DNA of 64,000 bases from Chrysomallon squamiferum (Eukaryota > Animalia > Mollusca): assembly GCA_012295275.1 (NCBI GenBank), contig CM022669.1, forward strand, positions 16,182,001-16,246,000. Reading direction: 5' to 3'. Of this stretch, positions 41,051-57,515 are shown one piece after another; position 1 is the stretch's first letter; each line of letters begins with the position of its first letter. Below the pieces are notes generated by a model that ran no database searches, was not told where the DNA came from, and was given only the letters and a program-made list of their open reading frames with translations. The translations under genes and the position numbers were made by a program.

Positions 41051-42137
41051 CATTTGTTTTTGCCTACGTAAAATATAATGGAATGAAATTTATGCATTAC
41101 TACGTAAATTAAAATAGATTCATATTTATAGAGTTGCTACAAATAATAAGAAAAATAGTAGTAATTCTTCACTGGACATTAAAATCATTAAATTACGTAT
41201 CAGTTTCTAAACACGTCTAAAGGTGATACTTCAGAGCAGTACACACTTGCCTTATTTATGTGATAATAATACCAAACAAAACAAACAGGTTATATATTAG
41301 TGGAAAATCTGACTGTTTTATAAGACGAAGGGTATTTCACGTAAGCAGATATATTCAATTTACGCATAGATAGTTACATATACTAACTGAACAAGTATTT
41401 ACAGGCGATGTTAAACACAGCTAGAAATACTATTTGATAAAGAGCGATACTATTTATTAAGGTATAATGGTTTGCGGGAGTACTGTTTTATATTAAAGCA
41501 CACTGGCTTATTTTTCGTTCTGATCTGGGACTAAACGTTTTATAAGCTCTCTGTTATTTTGGTGTAAGCTTTATATTTGTTAAATAGATCACCTGTATCT
41601 AGTTATTCGGCTGATCTTTGTTTTCGAAATGAATGAACTAACTAAGTCTTAAAGATTACATTTAAAAGAATGCATTCAAAACCTATTACGTTTGACTCCA
41701 CAATGTTTCTGTATTTTAGAACGAAGCTATTGAAATTGTACGTGTAGTTTTCTCACTGTTACCATAGAACAGACTATAACGACATGCACCTAATTTCTGT
41801 AATGCGATATAGTTTCACTGTTTTATGTCGGCTATTATTCAGAAGACTTGCGGATGGGATACAATAGGACATATTAGATTCTACGTGCAGTTTTACTTTT
41901 GTATAGGCCACCATTGTGTTGTTGTCATTCTGATTTATGTTAAACGATGAAGGCACTACGTGTTTCTATAAGTATATGTATCTATTTATTAACGTGTGCA
42001 TCTGTATAAGTCTGTAAGTATCTTTGTGAGTAAGCACCTATGTAAAATTATAAATAGAACCAAACAACTGCATTTCGTGTGATACTTCTATCTTAATAGA
42101 CTAGTTGTTAGCTTTAAACTTTTGTCTGTGTGTGTGT

Positions 42138-42180
<43 letters not shown>

Positions 42181-42749
42181 GTATATATGTGTGTGTATAT
42201 TACATTATTAAAAGAAAGCAAGCAATCAAAAATAACTTTGTCATTAAAGCAGTACTCACATTTTTCCAGTCCTTTTCTTTAATAGCAGTATTCGAAATAA
42301 ACGAGCTGAAAAACCCCAATAAGTCTGAATGTCGGATTTTAACAGGTAGTAGTGACCTAAAAAAGCTGTTTTGCTAAAGACTGTATTTTACTAAAGAAAA
42401 TGTACTGAACCGGAGCATCAACACGCTGAGGCGATCAACCGTGACATTTTCTTTTGTATGATCATTTCATAACCTGTTTTATTTTATTTTATTTTATTTT
42501 ATTTATTTAATCCCTATGTGACTATTTAGTTATTTATTTATTTGTTTATTTTTTCTTTATTCATTTATTATATTATTTGCTTATTTACATACATACATAC
42601 ACATGCGTATGTATGTATAGACAGACAGACATACATAGATATTTTCATACTTTATTTCTGTTGACTGTCATCATTTAAAGATCCGATTATATTCTCACCG
42701 CACACGAGCAGATACATTATTTCATTTCTTCGATTTGCAAGTATTTATG

Positions 42750-42780
<31 letters not shown>

Positions 42781-43969
42781 AAGCTCTGCTAAATGATACC
42801 CTTTTCTATCTTTAAAATAATAATCTTTACCCATCTGCTCCTGTTTGCTTCTACCAGGGTCAGTACTCTTCCTAAAAACCGAAAGCCCATGGCATCGACC
42901 ATTACAGCTATCATCATTACGACCTTGTCTACTAATGTCTACAAATGTTTATTTTATTATTTTATTATTTTGTTTACTTATTTATTTTTTGTTTATTTAT
43001 TTATTTATTCTTAATAGCTTATCCATCTGCATCCTATTCCATTTGCTTCTTTTTTTTTCAGCCATTATCAAAATATTTGAACTCTATATCTCAATTCTGT
43101 TTCCGACAAGGCATAATAAAAATTCAATAGCAGGCAATTCTCCTTAGCGTTCTTTTGTAGGTCGCCTTCAGTTTGGATCTTCAAATGATGGCCGTTTACA
43201 TGAAACATCGAGAAACATGTCTGTAACGATCCAGATGAAATAACCACACAAAATACATGGATGGACTTGCTCACTTTAATGTTCCGCTTCGTTACCCTTC
43301 TTTGGTAAAACACATTTTGCTTCTTTCGACCAGAACTCAGACGTGTCTCAGCAATAGCGGCTGCTTTTGTTTCGAGGCTTTGTTTTAAAGGTCTGGAAAA
43401 ATGTAAGTACTGCTTTAACTTAGGTGATTAAATTATTTTATAAATTAATATACGTATCTGTTGACCTGTTAGTAACTAGGATGTAATGACAATGTTATTT
43501 GATTGCTTTATTTCATTTAATAATGCAAAAGAAGCACACACAGACACACACACATACACAGTTATATACACACACGCACACATATATACACATGTATACA
43601 CACGCAGACACACAAACACAAAGAAACAAGATGTTTTAACCTAGAAGTGTATATTTATAAATATAACACGATAAATAACTATTTAGTTCGATTTATTATT
43701 TTACATGTATACATACATACATACCAAAAATGTCCCTCTTTGCTTTCTACCAGCAGAGTGTAGGTTCACCAGAAATACAAGGCCTATGAAAACACACCAT
43801 TGTTATTTATTAATTTATTTATTTTATTTACATTATTTTTATTTATTTATTTATTTATTTATTTACTTACTTATTACTTTTTATTATTATTTTTAATTAA
43901 TTTTATTATTTGGGGGGATTTTTGCGGGGTGTTCAGTTGTTTTTTTTTTTTTTTTTTTTTTTTTGTTGC

Positions 43970-44009
<40 letters not shown>

Positions 44010-44020
44010 TTTTCTTACAG

Positions 44021-44460
44021 GGTCTGTGAAGCAACTGAAGTCAGAAAAATCCGTATCATTGTTCTGTTTATTGGAATTTTGTCTTTCCTTTGGTGGTTAT
44101 ATTCACTGCAGAAAGTGACGTCGGGATTTGGTCTGATTTTGTGAGGACATTAACCTGTCATCACTGAGACATTGAAATCTTGTGATCATTATTAACGAAC
44201 ATTCGAAATACTGTGCTTGGAAAATAGAAACAGTGGTTGTGATTACCAGATTTTCCAGTATTACTAAAGTGAACTATAGTCGTCAGTAAACAAAAAACAA
44301 ATGGTAAAAAGAAAATCAAAAAAAAAAAAAAAAAAAAATTGTCGAAAGTAAAAAAGGTCTTTATCAGGAACAATCTGCGTTGACTTTGGTTCAAGATGAT
44401 CCATAAGGAGATGAAATCGTGTCCAGCCAATTGTTCTTTAATGATAACTGCAAACAAGCA
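44021..44460 (+). pseudogene. Decayed 5' fragment of a copy-7-like fucosyltransferase (copy 9)
   Basis: After ttacag|G it reads VCEATEVRKIRIIVLFIGILSFLWWLYSLQKVTSGFGLIL* (copy 7: ACRVIGIRKIRTIVLFLGICSFLWWLYSMQHVMPGFKVIL). At about 44350-44460 it reads KVFIRNNLR*LWFKMIHKEMKSCPANCSLMITA (copy 7: LIFLKNNPRWPWFKMALNELKSCPANCTLMKTA). The catalytic domain is absent. The leader donor AT|gtaagtactg is at 43402. Confidence 0.85.
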
Positions 44461-45708
44461 TTTTATATTATGAAGAAAGAGCGATCTAAAAAGTAGTAGT
44501 AGTAGTAGTAATGGAGGTAGTAGAAGTAATAGCAATGATAACAGTATGTATAATATTTTCTTATACCATAATACATTAAAATAGCTGTTAGTGTTGAAAC
44601 AAAGTAAATATGATTATTCAGTAACATCTTTCTTCTTCTACATTTTTATATTTTGAAGTATTTTTCTAATATTCCTAAAGTAAGCTTGGCTGTTATGTAG
44701 ATCCAGTAATATTTATAAAAATAAAAATGAATATAAATAAATAAATATATAAATAAATAAATAAAATACCAAATAAATATACAAATAAATAAATAAATAA
44801 TAAACAAATACATATTTAAAACAAAAAAATTAATGAACATATTAACAAACAAATAGACAAAATGTGACATTTATTTATTTATTTATTTATTATACCAGTT
44901 ATTTATTATCGTGATCTCTTTCCAATGTAATGTTAATCTGAATTAATACGTAAACTACAGGCTTGTAGTTTTAGCGCACTGTGTTGATTTTCATGGTTAC
45001 CTGGTGCTGGATGCGAGTTCGTGGATTATATGTGTCAGATCAAGGACAAAGACTTCCATCCATCACTGATTTAGAATGTAAATCCCACAGTTTCTTTGCT
45101 GCAGTCAATCTTAGATTGAAAAAACAATGATAAAGAGATTGTCGATACGCTTCACTTGTTACAAGCAATAGCCTGCGTGACCTTGTTTCAAAAATAATGC
45201 TGTTGACTACTGCTTTGTATGTCCATTGTCGTATTTACCTGCTTAATGCTAATTCTCTTATTTGTTTATTTACTTAATTGTTTGTTTGATGCCGAGTTTT
45301 CTTTCACTTTATGTGTTTCTAATAATAGAAATTTCATCCTAATCATAGATTTTTGTAATACGACAGTAGACTGAAAAAACCCAAAAGATTTGTAACTGTA
45401 GGAAAAATTATTGTCTAAACCTCGAAGAATGAAAGTAGCGGTTACGTGACTGGAACGGGAAATCTGTTCAGAACAGAAAAATAAATCAAACTATATTAAT
45501 TAATTTCTGAGGATGTCATTTTTATATTCTAATGAGATTCTGAGTCAGAAATACAGAATAAATAAAAATCTTTCGGCCATTTTACATTTTCTTTTCATAA
45601 CAGATCTGAATTTTTCACAACCTATGTTCATATTAAGATGAATGTTTTGGGAACTGTGGTGTGAAAATACAACAACGAATAAAAAATTGTAAGTTCTTTT
45701 TAAAATTT

Positions 45709-45711
<3 letters not shown>

Positions 45712-45792
<81 letters not shown>
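45712..45792. repeat. (AG)n microsatellite
   Basis: Pure AG run. Confidence 0.95.
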
Positions 45793-45794
<2 letters not shown>

Positions 45795-47377
45795 AATGTA
45801 GCTCTGATACATAATTAGAAAACGTTTCATTTTTCCTCACTTTTCTTATCTAGTAACAACTTCATTGATATTTTTATTAGTCCATGTGCCATATTGAATA
45901 TAGTATACGTCAAAAAAAAAAAAAAAAAAACGTTTATATCTCACTGGTCAGTAGTATTTTCCCACTGAAAGGAAAAGCATTGATTGGAACGGGAAGTACT
46001 TTGTATAAGCTGTTGGGGTACTGTTTAGGAAGGCATCAACAACAAAACGTTTATAAAACTGATTAAAAACTACACAGAAATGACGTATTCGACGAAGGTT
46101 TCAGTGGCTGACGAATGTAAGGCGCATGAATTTAATTTTTTCGTACGAAGAAAATACTTTTACCTTTCTTTCATACTGATTCAGTTACTGCTGCGAATTT
46201 CGAGATAAAAGAGAGCTCTAATGCTTAAACTCAGTGTTGTTATTACGCAATACCTTTTTGATATTTTGTTGTATTACATCGAAAACATAACACGTTCTAA
46301 TACAAGCCAATTCAAACAGCTTTCAAAACAATTTAACCTAACCCAGATGTTCATAAAGCATGGAAGAAAGAAAAAGAAAGAAAAAAACAAACAAAGAAGA
46401 ACAAGAAACACTGTATTCATGTTACTTTAATGTCAGGAGGTGTGTTAAAAGCCTGCATATTATGAAAAATGGCATATATATTATTTGGCTAGTCACGACA
46501 ATATGTATTTATAAATAAATCAGTCACAAGTTCAATAAATCAATCAATCAATTAGTCAGTATATAAATAAATATTAAAAATTTCAAAATAATAAATTACT
46601 GCAAAATATTACACACACACACACGCACACACACATATATTCAAGGTCTTTTATCTGGTCTCTAGGAAACTCAAGTTAACAACAACAAAACAAATTATTT
46701 AAATTTTTATCTGTTAATTACAACTTTATTCTTTTCTCTTCATCGTTTATTTAATATTGTGACAGAAAACTGGAACAAAATTCCAGAAATTCAAGTAACC
46801 TATGGTTACATGTTTTGCTGGATACATGATCTGGCAGCACCTGTCTTAATCTTTAATTAAAGAAATGATAATCTCAATAAACGAAATTAAACAACAACAA
46901 AAACTGAAGAAAAAGAACAAATCAAATGTATCATCATTAAACTACAAACACATAAAAAGAAATTTATTTTGTGATCTGTCCTCTTTCGAAGCCATCATCT
47001 CTGTATCAACACACTTCATTCTGTGCCCTGCTGATGCCTCTACAGAAGATGGCAGCATGTAATGGTTTCTAACAAGGACATACCAAATGTTAGAGCAGCA
47101 CCAGAATACAACAGATCCATTTGTGGTCATTTCTGGCAGATTATGCACAATGATATCTGTTCCTCAGGAAGCTAGTTCTGTTAACATGAGCAGCTGTTTG
47201 GTGCTTTCAGCACCTTCAAAGTTTAAAAAGTCTTTACATGTCTGGGCTTCCCGAAATGATTAATACTTACTTGTGTTAGATGATAAATGCTAAACTGGAT
47301 TTGCAGAAAGAGAGAATTAGTGAGAATGATGCTGTGGGGTGAGGTCATTAAATAAAGAAATTGAAAGTTATGTAGAA

Positions 47378-47411
<34 letters not shown>

Positions 47412-50400
47412 GTACATACAAACATTTATATAGTTTACATTAATTTACTGTTTATGATTAAACTTTTGATACCTATATATATATATATATATACACACGC
47501 ACATAAATTTGGTTGTTTTGTATTTATTAATTAACTTAATATCATTTGCAATATGTATGGATCCTTATTGTTAATTTTTTTTATTTTCAAAAAAACTGGT
47601 ATGCTTTATAATATGTTAATATATATTTTTTATACTTATTACTGCTCTAACATACAATATAAATTAATAATTATTTCATATAAAATTGTCTGCATTATGC
47701 ACAAACATAAACTTTATATTGCTAATCATTGTCTGTGATTACTGTAATACTGTAAGTACTTATTTCAGTCACATGTCAGCCTGGGTTATATTTTATTATT
47801 CACTTTAATCGTGATCAACATATTAACAACTACTTTTGCTTGAGAAATCAATTTGAATAGTATCAAGTTTCAAACAGAGCTCCTTAGAAACATAAAAAGG
47901 AGGGTGTGATATTATATCCGGAGGCACAGATAAAAACAGAATCCAGCCCTGTCAGTAACAAATAAAATGGAAGAGTCATTCTATAAACATAACTAGCTGC
48001 TGTTCATAAACCCCCTTTATTGTTTTCAAGCGACAGACCTGCCTGGAAAGTTCGTGGTTGTTGAGAAACAGTGGACCAGAGTATAACAAGCACAATTCAG
48101 AAAGTTTAAAGAAGCGTAATGTTACAGGTACTTGCTTAAAGATCTGTATGTCTCATCTTTTTGTTACAATACCCATGTCAGCTATGTCTAACAAAACATG
48201 AATCTATTATATTTATAATTTTACATTGAATAGTTGTTATTTAAAACCTATTACTAGATAATAATGGGTGTGGCAGAGTGATGTGTTTTTTATTGGATAC
48301 AACTTTGCATGTATTACTTACCTCCAAGAGATGTGAAATAATCCTGTGTTAAGTTATACAATACCCCATGATGTTTTATACACAAACAATTTAAAAAAAA
48401 AATATTGATATGTGTATTACGGATGGTCAAGCTGTGAGTATGTATGTAAATTATAGTTATTATAATGTTAATAAAGCTATGATTTTACATATTTTAAAAT
48501 ATAGGTATGATATTCAGTCAAATCTTTTTATAATGTTTTTATAATGCTGATATCTGTGTTATCACAAGCTGGATGATGTGACAGGGTTTTTGAGATTATG
48601 ATTTACTACATTCACCAAATCTCAGAACTGGCCCCAAAAATACCCCAGTTGTTTTACAAAACAGCAAATTGTCAAGTTATTGCCCACTTTGTTTTAATCA
48701 CTGGATAATCTGCTAAGTATTAATAAATAAATTTAATGGATAAAAATGCTAACCTTTGAACCATATACTTCAAACGCATTTTTTTTGTTCAGATTTTCTC
48801 AAAGATGTATAATGTATAATAATAATTGCTAAGTCACTGTTATCAAGGAGAATGTTACATTAAATCTTGTTATAAAACACAGGACAAAGGAAACAGATTG
48901 GGCGTATTTCTTTAAAAACAGATATCTTACAATGTTGTTTATGAAGTTACACTATCTTTTTCTGAGGAAGACTTTAACATATGAAAATAATAATTTATGT
49001 ATTATTAGAAGGAATAAAACGATATAAAAAGTTATTTGTAATTGGATAGTTCCTGAATGGTCCTTCGCAGTGGCAAACGACAATATATCAACAGTAAGTG
49101 TTAATGCTGATGTACAAGGAAGTACTCTGCAGGCTATGATTATTTAATAGAAGACCAGAACAGCATGAGATAACCTATTCAGTAAGTCAGACACGCAGAA
49201 TTAATTCACAGGCTGAAAGAAAATTCTCTTTGGTATTCTCTGCTGACACACAGCAGTACAATCACCCCAAAAGAGGTGTCACTTCCGATTTTGCACTTGA
49301 GTCATGAAAGATTTGTGTGTACACACCATTAAGCACATTCCCACCTGAATACATTTTAATAAATTCGTCTAGTCCCTGAAATGGTTGTGTCTCATTATCA
49401 TTTTTAATCAATCAAAATGGAGAAACACTGAGGAGATTCTGGAGACTGATGTTAAAACATGGAGTCCAGAAATCAGGTTGGCATATTTCATTGCCTGTCA
49501 GTAAGTGATGAACTTCCTTAAATGTGTCCTACATAATCAACTTGACCTTATCCTTCTGGTTTGGCAGCAAATGAAGAAATAAATCATATGGTTCTCCTCT
49601 GCCAAGACCAAAAACTTCACTGAACTTTGGTGCTTTCAGCAACATTCTGCTGTTGACATCAATCCATTCTTTTTGCCTCTGCTTTACATTATGTTCTCTC
49701 CTTGGTTCGAAGGTAAATGAAAAACCTTCCGAAGATGTATTTGTGTATATATATAAATATATATATATTGTAGCTTTTGTTGTTTTCTGGTTAATTAGTT
49801 AATTAGTTTTTGTTATTGCTAGTGTTGTTTGTTTTGTTGTTGCTTTTTGTTTGTTTTCTCCATTGGGCAGATTATCAGTGAATGTTTATAATTAGCAATA
49901 TTACTAGGTTTAGAAGAACATATTGTTTTTCGTTTTTATTTATTGTTTGTCTTTTTTATATTCCTATTATATTTATTATAACATAATTATTACAGTTTTA
50001 TTTTCTCCGATATAAAAATAAATGTATTCATGCTTTTACTATTATTATCTTTATCATTTTCTTCTTTTTTAGTTTAAAATCTTATTATTAATACAGTTAT
50101 TTAAAACTAAATGCAAACTTTCTTTTATAATCTTTATTTTTTTCATAAATACATTCTATTTATTTATTTATTTGATTTGATCTGATCTATTATTTTTCTT
50201 TCTTTCTTATTAAAAAAAAATATATATTTTAGCATTTTCTATTTTAATATTTATTGAAGTCTAGTTTATTACTGGGATTTTTCATTTAGTTTCTTTCTCT
50301 AAATTTTATTAAATATTATAATTCCAAAGGGTCATAATTTAATAGCAAGGCTTCTTTTATGTCCATGTTTTCTTAAGGGTAATATATACAGTATGCACAC

Positions 50401-50795
50401 TGTTACAATGTCCTTTGTTAAACCATTTGTGAGGACATCATGATTTATGGTAGTATTATACATGTGCTGTAGGTGGGGGACAAAATTATGCATTTCACTT
50501 CATCAGTTACAGCCACGTTTTTCCGGTTTCAATCATAAAAAAAGACAGATTATTTTATCAGAGCCATGTGTAGCATGTTACATATATACAGCTTATTAAT
50601 GAGGTACAGATTTTTCTATTTATTTGAAGATACTGAGCAAGTACATTAAAATATCATGAACAGAAAACTATAATCTCTGATCATGTAACATAGGGAGGTA
50701 TTATGCATCTCTAAACTGACGAAAACAGCCATTTTATTCTAATTTGTTTTGTTGTTTCTTCTTTTTTTTTTTTTTTTTCTTTATCTTTTTTTTTC

Positions 50796-50832
<37 letters not shown>

Positions 50833-51449
50833 CATTCTTATATCAGCTACCATTAAATATTAATAATTCATAAACTGTGTTTAATTTTAAAATATTCAAA
50901 TGAATGTTATGGTTCAGAAGCAAAGTTCTTACCATTTTTTTTTTTTTCAAAGGCAATATTTAGATACTGCCATACATTTGTGCTATTCTGTTCAACAACC
51001 TTTCATCATCTTTGAGGCTCTTTCTTTATTCTATCTTCCCATCCCAGAACCTGACAGCTTTCTGGTTGATGATCTCATCTAAACACTAAACACTTTTGTT
51101 CCAACCCAGTACAAAGCTGAACAGCTGTGTTTTGAATTTTGTGATTACTCACTGTGAAATACAGGCTACCCGTAAACTTTTTAAAAACATTAATAATGCA
51201 TTTTTCTTTTCTGAGTGTCTTGTAAACAATTATTATGATAATAATAAACAGAATATACGAGGTTATACACAGCTTTACGTATTAAAAAAAAAAAAAACTG
51301 CTTTCAACCCAGTGGCTGCCTTTATTTTCAGTTTTATCTGAACAATCTCCCACTATGTAACATGCTTTTAAACCACACCTGGGTTATTTCTTTTTTAAAG
51401 CCAGTGAATCATCATGTAATAGCTGATTTTCCAAAAATAGATATAATGT

Positions 51450-52030
<581 letters not shown>

Positions 52031-53072
52031 ACCTGCTTTCAATAGTTTTCTAAAAACGAATAAGTTGCCGTACTTTATTAATTAAATCTAACTTACTCGA
52101 CATCTTCAACTGTTTAAACTAATTTGTTCTCTTAATTATTATTATGATTATTATTATTTATTTATTTATTTATTTATTTTTGTTTTATTTTATTTTTTAT
52201 CGGCCAATTGGATTGGCAGTAGTGTTTTCCTTTGCCTGTCCTATTTTTGTATCTGAACTAAACGAAAAGTCACTTGCATTTTAACTTGTCGAATTCTAAG
52301 CAACATATTTTGCTTTATAGAAACAATCAATGAATAAATTCTGACGATAACCTTTTTGTGAATTATATTTCACTTACATTTTTCTTCTAATATTACTTTA
52401 CGTTAAAAAAAAAAGTACTTAATTTACTATACCAAATGCACGATCAAGATTATTTCTGTAAAGGGGAATTACTCTAAATCAGAATGCCAAATACTGCAAG
52501 AGTTAATGAACATTAGAATTATTTCGAAATCATTTCGAATTGGATGTCCTCAACAAAGACAAATAAATAAATAAATAAATAAATGAATGAATAACAGCAG
52601 TAATAAAACTGAATTATTTAGCTGAAATGAATTATACGTAGGGGAAAAATACGTTGTGTTTTTTTATACACAGCTTTTAAAGAAACCGTTAAACGTTTCT
52701 GTGCAGCCTGTTTCATTATTCTACGTTCTAGCCATGCTACAACGGGACACAAGAGTATACACTTTCGTCCTTTCACATATTATGCATGAAAGATTTCTTG
52801 GACTTATTAATGGTTGTATGTTTATGGAAGGAATGGCTACTGATGTAATTGTTATACCAGTTCCGTAAATCATGTCTGACGTCCTCCGTAAATTATGTCA
52901 CTTTTAATATTATTCTGAACAATAATTTTGGATCTCTTGATTTTTAAAATTAAACTGGAGTTATTCCGCTTCGACTACTACAATATTTTCGCAATTTCCG
53001 TTCTACAAATAAACTGGAGGGTTTAACGTAACAATAACGAAACTCCTAATTACATTTATTTATTTATTTATT

Positions 53073-53128
<56 letters not shown>

Positions 53129-53883
53129 GATCATTATTATTATTATTTGTTCATTTTGTGTTTGTTTAGTCAACAACAATATCAATTAGAAGAACAAGAA
53201 GAAAAAACCCAACAATAACAACAACCATAGCAGTAGCTGTTGTTGTTGTAGTAGTAATAGTAGTCGTCGTTGGAGAATGATATTACAGGTAATAACGTCT
53301 ATGAAAAGTAAAATGACAAAAAAGCCCAGACGTACACCCACTCACACACATACACACGCATACACACAAGCACACACACACATACATACATACATACATA
53401 CATACATACATACATACATACATGCATGCATACATACACATACACACAAAAGAAACAACAAAAATAACAAAAACAAAAACCTAACTGAAAACGGGAGGAA
53501 GTCGTTCAGTCCGTTATGAAATTATAGATTATTTTTGACAGTGTTCATAACATCAATATCATGCAGTACGTGCATTTCCTATATGACAACTAGAGCATGA
53601 AATGGCCATTTAAGACCACTTAAAACTTTTAGCGTAATTATGTGCATGCGATCGTTTGCGAAACGATAATTATAACTGAACTGAAGAATGTGAAGAAATC
53701 GACTACTCTTTTCACACTACTCAGCATATGTAAATAAAATAATAAAATGACAACAACAACAACGACGACGATAATAATGACGATTGTGATAATAATAATA
53801 ATAATAACAACAGCAACAACGATAATGATGACTGTGGTAATAATAATAATAGCACCAACAACAACGACAACAACAACAATAAC

Positions 53884-53943
<60 letters not shown>

Positions 53944-54663
53944 GTCCTTAACTACTTCTAAGTTAATGTATACGTAATATTTGTGTAAAATTCTTAATTT
54001 AATTTATGAATGGAAATGACATTTTTGGACTAATATGTTTTACAAACAAACACGGAATATGGCTGCAAGCATATCATTTCCATTTATTTGAAAATGAAGA
54101 AAAACACAACGAAATAAATAGAAGAAGAAGAAGAAGGAGGAGGAGGAAATATGAAAAAAAGAAAAAAAAAAAGAACTAAGGAATGCAAAACTGAACAAAA
54201 CTAAACAGGAAGGAATTATTTTAAAAAATAATAATAAAAAAAGAACCTCAAGACGTCTTATCTTCACGCGTTGTCAATGGATACACGTCTGCTTGCTGTA
54301 TCCATGACCACAGCGTCAACAACAGTTCGCATAAAACCATTTAGTCCTTGATATTTAGAATTGTTGCTATGGCATTTACTGGTTTTAGTTTTACATATTG
54401 ATTATTTTTCTGAGTTTTATTGTTTCAAAAATATTCGTTAAATCCAATTTTGTTATAGAGCAATGATGACCAAAACAAAAGAGTATTCATGAGCTTTTTT
54501 TAAAAGAAATTATGGCGGAATTAAACTTTAGAATCCTTGCTGTAACAGAAGCATTTACGAACAAAACTGACAAACAAAAATAAACCTGTATATGAACATG
54601 CGCGTATACTCACACAAAGTTTACTACCTACAGTGAGACAGTGGATTAATTTAAAGTGAACCA

Positions 54664-54730
<67 letters not shown>

Positions 54731-55100
54731 GCTGTAATACGGTCAAACACAAGCAAAGGAAAATATTTATAAACTTGCAGAAAAGGTACCGAACACGAAC
54801 TGCAGTCGTTGGTATATTCCACTTAATTAATCTAAACATACGGACTAATGCAATTTGACGCTCAGAGTGCTTCCTCCACTCTTTGATTCGAAACTCGGGA
54901 CGTTCTGCTGTCTATTGATCTGTGAATTCGATCAGAAATCATCATGAGAGATGAAACGATAGGTCATTCATCTCTTTTGTATAAACTGCTGATTCACCCT
55001 TCTCGTGGTTTTTCGTCCATGCAAACAGGCAGAACAGTGAAAGGTTGATCTAGAAAAAAAAAGAGATTGCTTCAGGCAATGTGACGGCAGTTTTTGAGTC

Positions 55101-55135
<35 letters not shown>

Positions 55136-55524
55136 CTACGGTCTCTGCGAAGTTGTGGTATATGGCGACACTAGCCTTGCAGGAATAATCAGACCGTTTT
55201 TATGTGCAGAGATGGTTAATTCCTTTCACCTGTGAAATAAGACATAATGGTACTTGGATTTATGCTTAATATAAAATGTTGGTAGAACAAACGGCGAAAG
55301 ATTATATATTTATGAAGATACTTGGTCAAACAAAGAATCAGAAAAATAAATCAACATTTTTCTATCGTTCAGCAAATTTTTCTTCAAGTTCAGAATTTCG
55401 TTGTTTTTTTTCTTTTTGTTTCTATTACTTCTGTTAAGCAATTGTCATCATACATAAATGTATGCTCATTTTTTTGTTGTTGTCGTTGTTTTGGGGGTTT
55501 TGAAATTACGTTTTACTACATCAC

Positions 55525-55593
<69 letters not shown>

Positions 55594-57411
55594 TCTGTGT
55601 GTGTGTGTGTGTGTGTGTATATTAAGATATCGTGCTGACTTAAAAGTTCTACACATGAAATAAGCTGACAGACAGTAAACATAATTTTAAAATACATAAA
55701 AAGAAATCCTAACAGGAAAGAATAATAATAATAACGATAATAAAAAAGAATATAAAATAAAAAGCATCTGCGTTCAATTCTTTTACCATGTTTCTTTTTT
55801 CCTTGGTATTTCGTTTAGTAAGTGGATTTAATTGTACCTAATACGGTAATATTCCTATCCCACACAAGAAGTCAGACAGATTTATAATGTTTTTGTGCAG
55901 TATCGTATTACTAATGTGACAGGTTTATTCCCTGTAAACATAAAATTTTCGTAAATTATTGACGAGTTAGAATATTTATTGCCACAGTGCTAAAAAGAAA
56001 AAAGATATAATAATATATTTCATTTGCTAATGGAATGTATTCTGGGTTAGTGAAAGAAGCAAATAAACAATTGAGAAATAAGGTAAACTGAACTGGCATC
56101 AGTGTACAGTTTCAGCTGCAATTATATCTTTTTTCACAAAGTTTCAATAAATTTTACAAAAGTCAAAAAAATATGGATATGAAATGAGTTTAGATAATTT
56201 TTCGATATACTGGATTCATACCTTGGACTAAGACAAGAATTAGTTTAATTTTATTAAAATGGCTATGTGGGTGAAATGTGTTTTTGTGTTAATGAATATC
56301 TGGATGTTTTTGACTGAAATAGTTACTGTGTTATAATGTCGTTCAGAGGGGACAAGCCTTCGCATATTTATTTACTTCAACCAGTTGTTCTAACTCTGAC
56401 AGATTTTCCGTTTCAAATAATATTTAAAAAAAAGAAAAAAAAAAAAGATATATTCGATATATTAGTTTGAACTGATTAACCCATAATGAGATACGAATAT
56501 CTTTTACTAAGTCATATGGCAGTGTTATTATTATTTTTTTTTTAAATTATTAATTATTTATTATTATTTTTTTTTTAAATAAGTTATCTACGATGAGATA
56601 ATTATATCAAAATATTCTTTTAATTTCAACATATGCGAAAATCTTTTAAATAAATTATAAAATAATTTTAAAAATCAGTAACAACAACAGCAACATCAAT
56701 AACAACAACAAAATATTAAAACAGCAACAACAACAACAACAAAAAGAGAATAGATATGACAACAGCAACATCAACAACAACAACAATAGTGGGAACCTTT
56801 ATTTTTGAAAATCAGATCACACAAAGACGATATATAAACCAAATCTAGAAGTGAAAATAATCTACCCACGGACAAGATTATTATTATTAGACGAAAATAA
56901 ATCTTAAATGACTAAATATACACGTTAGAAAAAGCAAACTGTTTCTGTGACTCGAGTCTCGCCAGATCAGTTTTAAATAAATAATGACAGCCTTGAACAA
57001 GGACAACTGGCAAATTGTATTGGTTTTCCAAAACTCATTTAGGTTCTTTTAAAAGCGTTAACCATTTGCAGTTGCTGGTGTCGCTGTAAACACACTCAAA
57101 ACGGTCAGAGCCCACTCACAAATATACTGGGAAGATTTCAGATCAATACGCTGTGAGGAAATGACTTCGTAATGACATAAATCATTATTCTCTCTTTAAC
57201 AATGGCATCGATATGAAGGAGGAAGCAATAATCTTAGCCAGACAGCGCATATATCTAAATTACTGGTCGTCGATATGAAGAAACCGGCTGAGTTTGTACA
57301 ACACTATGTCTGGTTTTTTTTGGTTTTTGTATGAGACTCTGTTTGAGCTGACGATATTATCGAACGTGGCATATCTGTGATCATGTATATTTGCTACATT
57401 TGCTGCTTGTA

Positions 57412-57515
<104 letters not shown>

